Of a DNA stretch of 64,000 bases, positions 27,395 through 39,813 are shown piece by piece. The notes below the pieces were generated by a model that was not told where the DNA came from, made no database searches, and saw nothing but the letters and a program-made list of their open reading frames with translations. This stretch comes from Octopus sinensis (Eukaryota): assembly GCF_006345805.1 (NCBI RefSeq), contig NC_043014.1:53816001-53880000 (forward strand), given 5' to 3'. The first letter of the stretch is position 1. The number at the start of each line of letters is the position of its first letter. The position numbers and the translations under genes are program-made.

Positions 27395-27511
27395 AAAAAG
27401 CACGTGCAGCGGACGACCGGAAGTTGTGGCTTTGTTTGTGAAACGTGTAACTCTTTACAAAGAGAAGATCGAAAGAGTGTGTGTTTGGCGGAGGACGACG
27501 ACGGATCGGAA
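27395..27511 (+). promoter_or_regulatory. ETFB proximal promoter / 5' UTR
   Basis: CpG-rich, with E-box CACGTG 27401-27406 and ETS/GABP site CCGGAAGT 27417-27424, about 90 nt upstream of the ATG. GABP (NRF-2) sites are typical of nuclear-encoded mitochondrial genes. Confidence 0.6.
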
Positions 27512-30500
27512 ATGTCTTCGCTTCGTGTTTTGGTCGGCGTGAAACGAGTCATTGATTACGCTGTGAAGGTAAATACGAATGTCTCTACACCAGAAAGAGA
27601 GACCGAACGAGCAGGCAACACTCGGGTTTCGTTTCCATTTAATATGATTGCTAATGAATGAGTTTTCAGAGAGAAAATCCTTCTTTTTTCTATCAAATTC
27701 TTGAGAAGAAGAAACTTTTCTTTCACCTTTTCTTATTCGAATCTGTTTTTATTGTTTCTGTGAGTTTCTGTTGTTTATTTGAACTTGTTTCGTTGAGGAA
27801 TGTCCCTCTGTATTATAAGGAACCGCCTGTATTTATTTGCCCTTATGTTTAGATATATATTCCAAGGTTTGTACCTCTGAGTATCGTACAATGACCTTTG
27901 CCCTTGCGCTCTTCCAAATCATTTTTATATCGCATCGTCTCACTTGTTTCGTTTCTCTTCGTCGGATTTACTGTTCAGACTTTATTGAATAGATTGTTTC
28001 TCTCGTACTTGTCTCACATTTATGCTTGCTCTGAAACAAGTATCCTGTAATATTCCGTTATATTTCGCGAATGCCCTTACCTAGGACACTACACCTGGTG
28101 TACCCACAGTTGTCATTTCGTTATTAAACAGATTGCTGCTCTGGATTCGGTAGACTCCAACTGGATCTCATCCTCCGATAGACTTTTCATGATGTAACCC
28201 TTCGGGGAAATCCTGTTCCCAGTCCCTTCCCCTCACATAAATCACGCCAGGTTTACAGGATTTTAGAATCCTTACCACCCCAAGGCAGATCGAAGGTGGC
28301 TTTCAGACTGTGTCCCGCTTATTTCGTGTTGGGTTACGTAAGTGATGGGTTTAAATGTGATTCAATTTAATGCAGGGAATCAAATGTTCAGATCTGGTTG
28401 CTTCACCCCCGGATCAAACGCTTACATAAACATTCCTGATGAAGATTCGTCCCAACAAATCCCTCGGGTGGAATCCAAAGACATTTGTTGACAGCTTTTT
28501 TTTTTTTGTAGATTTGACATTCTAATCTTTTTATTTCTTTAGCTCCACTCTGTTATCGATTGTCGTTAATCTCTCAAACCGCCCCTTTTTTCTGAGATAA
28601 CCTCTTACGATTGCCAGCGCTGTTTTCTTTTTCTTTTACGCCGACAGCTGACACACCCATTTTTGGCCCCATAAAGGAGCTGTACCTTGAATTGGATTTT
28701 ATTGTTTATACACGAATTCTATTCATTAAATGCTCCTTGATTCCCATAAAGTTGACAAGACAAAGAAGAAAGCCTTTCTGTAGTCGTCCGACCTACTAGA
28801 AATAGCAGCCAAATTTCGTTCAAATGACACCTCACCATTAGATAAGCTATGTCATTAGACAAGATAGTCTAGCTTGAATGTCATTTGATTATAAGTCTCC
28901 TTGATCCTAAGCAATAACTAACTTTCAATACTGTTAAATGTTGACGTTCACCCTTAAAAAGATTAATAGAAACTATAAATTGAAAAAATGAACGCCAGTA
29001 ACTCACCTCTCCAGGAACTTACACCCACAGATACTCGATCATCCCCACTCACCCTCTTGCAAAAATATTTCCAATGATTTTGTACTTTGGTTGAATGAAT
29101 GGGTCTACATAGATTTACATAGTTTAATTTTCTTCTCTGAAAAGGCATCTAAAAAATAAATGATTGACTAAAACGGTTTCGGTGTTCTAGTTTCTGACTT
29201 GGGCTGGTTATTCCCCTTGACCTCAATAAAGTTTAGCGTTCGGGTTAAGTTCTAATCAGTCACGTAAGGTAGACGTGAATTCTCTGAGAATCGGGTCCGC
29301 TGCTTGCCTTTAATTTCTGTATCTAAGGATAAACAAAGTTGGTCTCTTGAAATATTGGACTAATAATGGCATAGATCGCTGTGACAAGAAATAGCGTACA
29401 TTGTTTTTATGCTTCAGAGCTCACCATTCACAGGATCTGCTAAAAATAGCAGTCAAATTTCCCTCAAATCACAACTGTCTTCAACATAGGACACATTGGA
29501 TAACGTAGTCTGCAGCTCACTACCCTAATAAAAGTCAGGATAGTCATGGCTGGATTGCCATAGATCAGCTCGTATAAGGCTGAAGAGAGGCTAGATGACA
29601 ACAACACATCTTTATATGTACCCAGATGTCTATAAACAGCTCAGCAAAGGCTTGGCTTGGCTGAGTGGTTAACATTTGTGCTTCCTAAATATGTGGTTTA
29701 GGGTTCAGTCTCACCTCATGGCACCTCAAAAGTTTTCTACTATAGCCCTAGGCCGATCAAAGCCTTGCAAGTGGATTTGGTAAGCAGCAACAAAGAAGCC
29801 CATCGTTTATGTATAGACGTGTATGTGTGCATCATGGCAGTGTCTGTGTTTGCTTATCTCGGCATCTCGTGATAGTCGTAAACAAGCACCACTGTTGACT
29901 GCGTTTTGTCTGTCTTTATGTTCAGAGTTCAAATTCCACCAAGGTCGACTTTGCCTGTCACCCTTTGTGGGTCATCGAAATAAGAACCAGTTGAGGACCA
30001 GGGTCAATGTCAATAACTGGTCCCCTTCCCCCAAAATGCCAGGGCTTGTGCTTTTAGTAGAAAGGAATAGTCTGTGAAAATTTGCCCAGCTGCAGGGAAA
30101 TGTTACCTTACTTGGAGACAGGTGAGAGTTGGCATCTGGAAGAGTATTCAGCCATAGAAGAATCGGCCTCAAGGGATTCCTTCCGACCCATGCAAGCATT
30201 GAAAAATGGACATAAAACCAATGACAGTTGTATTGTTGATCTAACATTTCAAAAAAGCATTTCCACTGGTAAATCCTCTTAGTAAGTTAATTTTCCATTG
30301 GATTATATATGGCTCATCATCTTCATTTCATATCTGCTTTCCTTGCTGGCATGGGTTGGACAGTTTGACAGGAGCTGGAGAGCTGCACCAGGCTCCAATT
30401 GTCTTTTTGATTTGGTTTCTACAGATGGATGCCCTTCCTAACACCAACTACTTTACAGAGTGCTCCACTGGCTGCTTTGTACGTGCCACCAGCACGAGTG

Positions 30501-33500
30501 GGTTTGCATGGCACCAACACAAGTGCATTTCATGTGGCACTGGCAACTCAAGATGTTACACAAGTCAAAGAAGGAGTGGGGGTCATGGCCATAAACAACG
30601 TACTTGTTAATGTGTGGGTGACCACAATTTTACTTAGCTTGATCTGTCATATATATGTGTGTGTGTGTGTGTGTGTGTATACACATGGCCTGTGTATATT
30701 TTTTATTTGCCGTTTTCCCCCACTTTTTCCTTCACTATTTCAGATCAGAGTGAAACCTGACAAAAGTGGGGTGGTAACAGATGGGGTGAAGCATAGCATG
30801 AACCCTTTTGATGAAATTGCTATTGAGGAAGCCGTCCGGATGAAGGAGAAGAAAATCGCCAAAGAAGTCATCGCTGTGTCATGTGGCCCAACACAGTCAC
30901 AGGTAATGTCTGTTTCTTTGAATGTGTTCTTCCTTAATGGTCCTCCATTTACAAGAGAGTAGGAAGTGTCAACGTATGTAAATGGCTGTTCACATTGCTG
31001 GAAATGCCAATCAAACAATGCCATAGCATCTTCAAAGAAGGAGAGAGAGAACAGATGGAATGGTAATTGCTAGAATACCTTTGGTCACTAATCAGCTGGA
31101 TCAAGGCTGACTTGGGGTCAACCCTTTTTGATACCAACTCCTCTGAGACGGCTCTTTGGTCTGTGGTGCAAACTTCCTATTTGAAAGTTGTTTAAATTAA
31201 AACTTTCTGTTGAAAATTTTATGCTAATTTATCTTCCAAATAATGACAAAGTTATTTCACTAAATTTTTCATTAATTTTAAAAAAAAACAGTAGAACATC
31301 TCAACAGGAATATAAAAGCAAAAAGGTTAAACAAAAAGGTTTGAGTTGAAATGACAAAAGAACCAAACTTTTTATTTCACAACTTAACAAGTCCTAATTT
31401 TGCTTTTGTAATATTCCTTTCAGATAAGTTCCTTTGGTCTTTACACTGTGAATTGAAACATTGAATTTTCCTGTGCCGTTTTCTGTTTCCAGGAGACCTT
31501 ACGGACAGCTTTGGCAATGGGTGCTGACAAAGCCATTCATGTTGAAATGAAACCAGCAGAATATCTCAATGCACAGCCATTCCACATCTCCAAAATATTG
31601 GCAAAGATTGCCCAGGATGAAAAGATAGATGTCGTTCTTTTAGGAAAACAGGTACAGGTTCCATATTTCACAATTAATAGAATCACTTGATTGTTACTTA
31701 AGGACAGATGCAATTATTATAGAGAAGTCTGCCAACGATGGTTGTCATGTGTTTAAATCATTGCAATATTTTGAAGTGATAAAAATTTAGATGTTTTCAT
31801 TAACTGCATATATATATATATATATATCTCCAATGGGCTTCTTTCAGTTTCCATCTACCAAATCCTGAGGCTGTAGTAGGAGACACTTGCCCAAGGTGCT
31901 GTGCTGAGGGACTGGACCCGAGACCACATGGTTGGGAAGCAAGCTTCTTAACCACATGCCCATACACACACACACACACATATATGTATATATGTGCATA
32001 TACATACAGCTTTATTCACCCAACAATTCTTTTTCGTATCCAACAGGCTATTGATGATGACTGCAACCAAACTGCTCAGATGACAGCAGCACTTTTAGAC
32101 TGGCCACAGGTAGGGACTCTTACTTTCATTAGCAATTAAGCTTTATGAAGGGGGGTGGGGATGGAGAGTGGATTTACAGAAACAAACACAGCACAATGCT
32201 GAGCTTGGCAGGATGTGTAATGTTTGACTGGATGTGTATTGCTTATATGTATGAGCAACTGAGAACAAATAAACTGAGATGAACTGGGGAACCATCGTAA
32301 CTGACGGAGTGCTTTAGTATATGCTGACTACTTTCCAGGGTGGACTGGGCAGCTCTAGTAAAGACACCACACGAAAGACTAAGATCCCCTTCGACTTTAT
32401 GTTGGGAGATGAAAGGGGCCAGGAGAGGTAGAAGGGAGGGAGAAAGCATTTTGTGGGGTTGAAATGAGAGATGAAATAGAGTTGATGGAGTGTCAGGGAG
32501 GGCCCTTAAGGTAGGAGGTGGGTAGAAGTGAATGGGCAACATAACAGGGAGTGTGGGTGGGTAGAGGCTGCAAGGGGTTTGTGGAGAGTGGGGTGGGAGA
32601 GATATGAATGAAGAACAAGTGTTGAGGAATGAGAGAAGTGAATAAAAGTGACTGGGGAGAGGAACACAGGGAAGAGAGTGGATAGGGGTTGCAAAAGATA
32701 ATTAAAAAAAAAACTTTCTTTGGGGTTGAACACTGAAAGGAAAACTTTTTTTTTTTGAGTGAACAAAATAAAAGAAATGAAATTAATTTTAAAATATTTG
32801 TTTTATTTGTAAAGGCAACATTTGCATCTAAAGTTGCTCTAAAGGATGGTTTGATGACTGTAACCCGTGAAATTGATGGTGGATTAGAAGATATTGAAGT
32901 GAAATTACCTGCAGTTGTCAGTGCTGATTTGAGGCTTAACGAACCTCGTTATGCAACTCTGCCAAACATTATGGTAAGTGAAACTTTTTACTGAACATCA
33001 ACTGATAAGGAATAATATACGAAGAAGTCTCTTGTTTCAATTTACTCCCCTCCTGGGGTGTTTAGTGAAACAAAAATATTTTTTATGAAACAACGAAATC
33101 TGAAATTGTCAAGAAAATGAATTCATAAATTTCTAACCTGTTCATTTTCCTTCATTTTTTTTATAACTGAAATCATCATCATCATCATCATCCAAGATGC
33201 TTTGTGGTATTTCACTCATCGCTGCATTCTGGGTTCTAATTCCGCCAAGGTTGACTTTGCCTTTCATCCTTTTGGGGGGTCGATTAAATAAGTACCAGTT
33301 ACGCACTGGGGTTGATGTAATCGACTTAATCCCTTCCCCCAAGCTGCCCTTATGGCAAAAAATTTGGAATCATTATTATTATCTACTTTTGATTACTTTT
33401 ATCCTTCAATTCTTTCACACAGAAAGCTAAAAAGAAACCTTTAGCCAAGAAGAAAGCTGCAGATTTTGGTGTTGACGTAACTCCTAAGCACAAGATAATC

Positions 33501-33599
33501 TCCATTGAGGACCCTCCAGTCAGAGAAGCTGGTCAAAAGGTGGAATCAGTTGAAGATTTAGTAGAGAAACTGAAAGCTGCTGGTTTAGTGAAAACGTAA
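27512..33599 (+). CDS. ETFB: Electron transfer flavoprotein beta subunit, 6 coding exons, 257 aa
   Basis: Exons 27512-27568, 30744-30902, 31493-31651, 32047-32109, 32815-32973 and 33423-33599, all GT-AG and phase 0. They translate to [45 protein letters not shown].../[12 protein letters not shown]...[31 protein letters not shown]...[21 protein letters not shown]...VKT*. The hallmark ETFB motifs and exon phases match the vertebrate gene as I recall it. Confidence 0.97.
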
Positions 33600-34363
33600 G
33601 ATTAGGTAAGGCCTCCACTTTTCTGTGACATCTTAAATCATCATCACTATCATCTGTTTTCCATGGCTTAGCACTGTAGGCATCAGTCTCATTTTCTTAA
33701 ACATTTTGTGGTTTTTGTTGCTGTTATTTAGCCCCAAGCCAATCATGATCCATTAATCCTGTGTTTAATGACATTCCTATTGTGACCATTCCTCCACATT
33801 TTTTTTACAGACAGTGTATCTAAGACTCCATTATCCACTTCTGGTTATGTGTAGTTTGAGGAAGATTTGGTTGCTATTTCAAGTAACCATGTAGTCTCCC
33901 TCATTGACTTATTGTTTCATCATCATCATCATATATAACTTCACATTTCAGTGCTTATATGGTTGAGTTTCTGGCGTGGGGGTGTCTGCTGATTAAAAGA
34001 CCAGAAATCCCCATGTTGCTACTAGTATTGTATTTCCCACTCCTCCTCCATGAATGTCTCAATTTTAATACAAATCCTACATGTTACAATAATAGATATC
34101 CTGTCCGTCACAGCAACAGGATTTCTAACAATGTTCCTGTGAGTACAACATGTGAATGTTACAGTCTTAAGGACTCCATTAACAGACATGTTTCTAAAAA
34201 ATGGTCCCTTAGATCTCACCTCTTCAAGGCTTTGTATGACATCGAATTCTGCATAGTTAAATATTTATGTTTTGTATATACAATATATAAAAACAAAAAT
34301 ACATGTTTGTGCACTGTCGTTCGGTAAATAAGCAGTCATTTCACGTTTTACTATATTTTCCAG

Positions 34364-34515
34364 GTTCAAATTAAGAAATCTTTGAAGACGAATTAAGTAG
34401 ACTCTGATCACCGAAATAGAATTCAGATTTGAAAGAAAATGAAATGATTCCCTTACATCAGATTTATTTGTTTTGATTTATTGCACTTTATACAATAAAA
34501 ATTGTTATTCTGTAT
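34364..34515 (+). other. ETFB: Probable non-coding terminal exon of ETFB with polyadenylation signal
   Basis: A strong donor AG|GTAAGG at 33606 lies 6 nt after the stop codon. An acceptor TATTTTCCAG ends at 34363, and AATAAA is at 34494-34499. The end coordinate is approximate. Confidence 0.55.
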
Positions 34516-35324
34516 AAGTGAGGAGTTTTGTTGTTGATTCTTGTTGTTATGCGAAGAAAGAAGTTTTCCAACAGTCGAAGGGACGAACGTTGGGTTGTAC
34601 AGTTTACCAATGACGGAATTGTTATGTGTGGTTGTAAAAATGGCATTGATCAGTTTTGTTAGAGGTAATGATCACCTCTGGCTGAAGCTATGCTGTGGAA
34701 ACCTCAGCTGCTTGCCCACCCAAATTGACATGCAGCTGCCTACCTGAGGCCTTGCAGAGAAAGTTCGTCCTTGTTGAGGACTTTGTGCAGGGTTTTTCTC
34801 AAGTTGTGACGATTTGAGGGAGGAAAGGGCTTTGCGATGTTTGTGTTTATAACGATGGCTCTGCTCTCATCAACCGCATTGAGTACCTTGCCGTTTCACC
34901 AATGATAACAATTTCTGATTAATTACTGAGATGATGAAAAGGTCCAGTTTCAGAACCAAACAAGAAGGAGAGTATCTCCCTCTTGCTCCAGATGTGAAGG
35001 TTTACTGGGCTTTGTAGGGCATCGGGGACAACTGCTGGCAGGTGAGAATGCAACTTGTGTCCTCAAAGAAGAAAAATTTCTATTGATATAATCAGTTATT
35101 GCGGTTTTCTTTTTCCAAACGTCCTCCTTATGGCATGCAATGCCTGACTTATTTAAATCTGACAGTTATATTTCTATTTCAATGAACTTCTTTCCTACAC
35201 ATCCTAATTTTAACCCTTTATCCCATATTTCTTTCCTAAACATAATCGTCAGAACGAAATGCTTCTGCACAAAAAAAGAAATGTTTTTAGTCATCTATTT
35301 TTTTACTTTTCACTTTATTATTTA

Positions 35325-35700
35325 ATAATAATAATAATAAACATTGTGTACAGTGCTCAGGTGCACTACAACTCATCTAAAGTGCATATATAATCAGGTG
35401 TAGTTTCGGCGGATTTCGGAAAGCATGAGGGCCTTAAAGGATGCAGTGTCATGGCAGTCAACAACTGACGCAGGCAGTTTGTTCCATGCTTCAGCAACTC
35501 TGAGCGTGAAAAAATGTTTCCGAAAGTCATGGGAGCTGTGTTGTTTTCTGACTTTGTAGGCATGTCCACGTGTGTTGGGCACATGGAAATCAAAAAGGTG
35601 TTCAGTGTTGTTGTTGGTGAGGTGGTTGATAACTTTGTGGTTTAGATATTTCATACTTATTGGTCGAGCACATCTATCTGAAAGTAAGGCTTTTAATCAC
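35325..35700 (-). mobile_element. CR1/L2-like LINE 3' end with (ATT)n tail
   Basis: TRGHAYKVRKQ...RKHFFTLRVAEAWNKLP is a typical CR1 C-terminal motif, followed by a simple-repeat tail. Confidence 0.75.
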
Positions 35701-36626
35701 AAGTCTGCTCGTCGAAAGCTGACCTGCAGCGGCGGCTCATCAATAAATGCTCAGATTAAGTTCACTGTGTTGGGATCCAGGTGTCCGGGGATAACAGTCA
35801 CACCTGACTTATCTCCCCTAGAATGATAACACAGAATCGTATTTACAGATTTATCTCCCCTATCAATACTCCCTTCAGACCTGGATCAGCTGTCCAAATG
35901 ACAGACGGTCGGTCTTACGGCGAGCCTGACGCCTAATCGTACAGAGAATGGTCGTAGAAGAAGCCGGGGTGTCCTCTCCTTGACAGCTCGAGTTGCTAGA
36001 AATAGCAATGAGATCATTCTATAATTAAATAACAAGTTTTACACTACGAAAGGACATGCCCGGGAAGAAAGCATTGAAAAGAATTGCACAAAGTGTAGGG
36101 AAGTGCCAGGGCAGGGGCCGGAAGACCGGCTTTGAGCTCAAAGAAGGGGTCTCTAAAGGACGCTTGTGTTGATAAGTCTTTGCTCAAAAGGGTTTTATTG
36201 AGGGCATTCAATCTATAAGCTAAGTTGCAGAGTTAGCAAGTGGCTTTCGATTATTGGTGGGGGATCTAATTAACTCCAGATTAGGACACTTGGATTTGAG
36301 TCTCTGATGGTGAAAAACCCAAAGCATCAGACAAAGCATAGGTCACATCACTGATAATGTATTGGAGCATATCCAAGAAACATATTTTGCCAATAATAAT
36401 AATGATCCTTTCTATTATTGACACGAGGTCTGGAATTTGTGGGGAGGCAGGGGTAAGTCGAATATACCAACCCCAGTCCATAACTAGTACTTATCAACTC
36501 CAAAAAGATGAACAGCAAAATCAACCTCAGCAGAATTCGTACTCAGAATGTAAGCCAGAAGAAATGTGCTGAAGCCTTTTGTCCAGTGAGCTAATGGTTC
36601 TGCCAGTTTGCAATAATAGTGATAAC

Positions 36627-36980
36627 AAAACCTCTGCCAAGGCAACACCAACGTCTTCTCAACGATTAGCCGGAGGTGATTTTTAAAATGAGAATATCTG
36701 AAATAAACTCGACTGCTCTCATAAATGGGAATACTAAAAATGAATCCGACCGCTCTCAAAAATTAAGTAAAAAGAACAGGAAAAATAACCCAGAATCCTT
36801 GTCCGATACCAGATCGACCGCAAAATCTAATCAGTTCGTGCCAGTCATGAGGCCAAACATCCCTGAAAGTTTCATCGAAATCCATCCAGTGGTTCTTGAG
36901 ATATCTTGTCTAAGGGACAAACAAACAATCAAACACGACTGAAAACAATACCTTCGCCTTCGCTAAGGCGGAGGTAATAT
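36627..36980 (-). mobile_element. Second HINE-like copy, 3'-truncated
   Basis: Collinear similarity to 7860-8195 by eye. Confidence 0.65.
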
Positions 36981-36996
36981 TAATAATATACCGAAG

Positions 36997-37041
<45 letters not shown>

Positions 37042-37059
37042 AAAGTAATAAAAATAAGA

Positions 37060-38570
37060 TTGAGACTTAAATATTTTTCCATAGCAAGGCCCTATTCACA
37101 GTATCAAACACCTTGGTTAAATCAATGAATACCTGGACAAGGTCCATCTTCTGCTCATAGCACTTCTCCTGCATCTGTCTCGCTGTAAAAATCATATCCA
37201 TCATTCCTCTTCCAGATCGGAAACCACTTTGAGATTCAGACAGGACATCATTTACGAGACACCCATTCTGGCGGGTAAGAAGAATACTTGCCAGAACGTT
37301 GCCAGCAGCTGACAGTAGAACAAAACCTCTGCAGTTGCCACACTCTCCTCTGGCCCCCTTTCCTTTATAGAGAGGAAGAATAATTGCATCCTTCCAGTCC
37401 TTAAGCATTGTACCATCCCTCCAGATTACAGTTATAAGTTCACGAAGGGACTGTGTGATGTGATCACCACCAAATCGCAGGACTTCAGCACGAATACCAT
37501 CCTTACCAGGTGCCTTAACCAAGGTTCAATGCACTTATTGATGCTATTACCTGACCTATTGCAGGCAGGACTTCAGCACGAATACCATCCTTACCAGGTG
37601 CCTTAACCAAGGTTCAATGCACTTATTGATGCTATTACCTGAACTATTGAGGGAATTTAAGAAGCTAATGACAGGTGTTTGTTGCATGGTGTCAATCACT
37701 CGCCTTCGCTGAAGGCGGATGGTAATATTAATAATTAATAATATACGAAGGTGGTGGTGGTGAGTAGTAGTAGTAAGTAGTAGGTAGTAGTAGTGAAAGT
37801 AATAAAAATAGATTGAGACTTAAATATTTTTCCATAGCAAGGCCCTATTCACAGTATCAAACACCTTGGTTAAATCAATGAATACCTGGACAAGGTCCAT
37901 CTTCTGCTCATAGCACTTCTCCTGCATCTGTCTCGCTGTAAAAATCATATCCATCATTCCTCTTCCAGATCGGAAAAACCACTTTGAGATTCAGACAGGA
38001 ATCATTTACGAGACACCCATTCTGGCGGGTAAGAAGAATACTTGCCAGAACGTTGCCAGCAGCTGACAGTAGAACAAAACCTCTGCAGTTGCCACACTCT
38101 CCTCTGGCCCCCTTCCTTTATAGAGAGGAAGAATAATTGCATCCTTCCAGTCCTTAAGCATTGTAACATCCCTCCAGATTACAGTTATAAGTTCACGAAG
38201 GACTGTGTGATGTGATCACCACCAAATCGCAGGACTTCAGCACGAATACCATCCTTAACCAGGTGCCTAACCAAGGTTTTCAATGCACTTATGATGCTAT
38301 TACCTGAACTTATTGAGGGAATTAAGAAGCTAATGACAGGGTTGTTGCATGGTGTCAATCACTGCTTCGTCCCACAACTGACTCACGGTTCAGAAGTTCA
38401 GAAAGATGGTCAATCCAGTGACCCGTGATCTCTGTTGATTTATTAAACAGAGTAGAAGACTCCTTGGAAAGCAAAGGAGCTGATGAAGATTTCTTCAGCC
38501 CATAAACTTGCTTCATAAAATGGTAAAGCTTCTTGCTGTCATTTGCATGAACAGCAGCCTGAACATCATA
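37060..38570 (-). mobile_element. RTE-like LINE reverse transcriptase fragment, locally duplicated in tandem
   Basis: KAPGKDGIRAEVL, IILPLYKGKG, ESQSGFRSGRG and FIDLTKVFDTV. The segment occurs twice (36954-37699 and 37700-38362). Confidence 0.85.
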
Positions 38571-38626
38571 AATACATACACACACACACATACATACATA
38601 CATACATACATACATACATACATACA

Positions 38627-38658
<32 letters not shown>

Positions 38659-39160
38659 CATACATACATATAGAAACGTAAGCAAAGCCAGTTTAAACCC
38701 TTCTAGATCGTAGATCCGCACTAAGAAGGCCGAGTTAATGAAAATTACTCTTAAAAGAACTAAGGGTGAGAACTCACAAAATTTTAATTCATCAAAATTT
38801 TGAGTTTGAAAGATACGGTGGTGGGAGTGGGGATGTTTTATGGTAGCTATGGTTACGTAACCAATGTCTTACGGCGTAAACGAGTGTCTTGCATGGGTGG
38901 GAGTGGGGGTGTTGGGTCATATAAATTTTTTAGCAAAAAGTGGTAAAGTCTTGATTAGACAAGGAAACTTGTATGAAAAAGCGTTGAATTCATTGAAATA
39001 GGAATTAAAGGAAATAATGAGGACGAAGAGGTGTAGTTTGTGTGGAATGGTGAGTGAGGGGCTGCGAGCCGTGTATAGGGGAGGGTGGGGAGTGTGCGTA
39101 CTTGTATATGCAATGGTATGAGCAGTAGCAGTGGTGGTGGTGGTGGTGGTGGTGGTGGTG

Positions 39161-39201
<41 letters not shown>

Positions 39202-39549
39202 GGTGGTGGTAGTAGTAGGTAACCTTGTTGTGTGGTGTCTACCCACTCAAGGTGTACAGCATACAATGCACCTGTCTACCTTCGCTTGCTAAAATGCTTT
39301 CCGGGTTCGTCTTCTGACTCCGTCGCCGTCTTCAAGGGACTCCCTTACCTTTTACCCCCTTGTGGGGTTTTGACTTTCTGGACTTCCTCGATGGAAGGGA
39401 TCAAGAGTTGAATGAGGGCGATGGGTTCCTCTCTATTCCTTGCCTTGGTTCCTTGATGTTCCCTTCGTTGCTTCCAACAATAAAAATAAAAACAACAACA
39501 ACAGTAACAGCCAAAGACTTAGGTTGTCAGGGGAATTGGTGCGTTGGTC

Positions 39550-39562
39550 GTTGCTAGGCAAC
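39550..39562. promoter_or_regulatory. RFX X-box upstream of CCDC153 copy A
   Basis: Near-palindromic GTTGCTAGGCAAC about 250 nt upstream of the ATG, a canonical RFX motif of ciliary genes. Confidence 0.7.
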
Positions 39563-39670
39563 GGATATCGTTGTTTAGTGACACGGAAAAAGACCAGAGG
39601 AAGCTCAAAGCTTTTAATAGAATCTACAAAACAGTCTCTGAACGAACACACATGAAATAGAGTATCACAA

Positions 39671-39715
<45 letters not shown>

Positions 39716-39722
39716 TACACGC

Positions 39723-39755
<33 letters not shown>

Positions 39756-39813
39756 GAGAGAGAGATATAGACACACACACACGTTCACAAAGACACACAC
39801 ACACCAACTGAAA

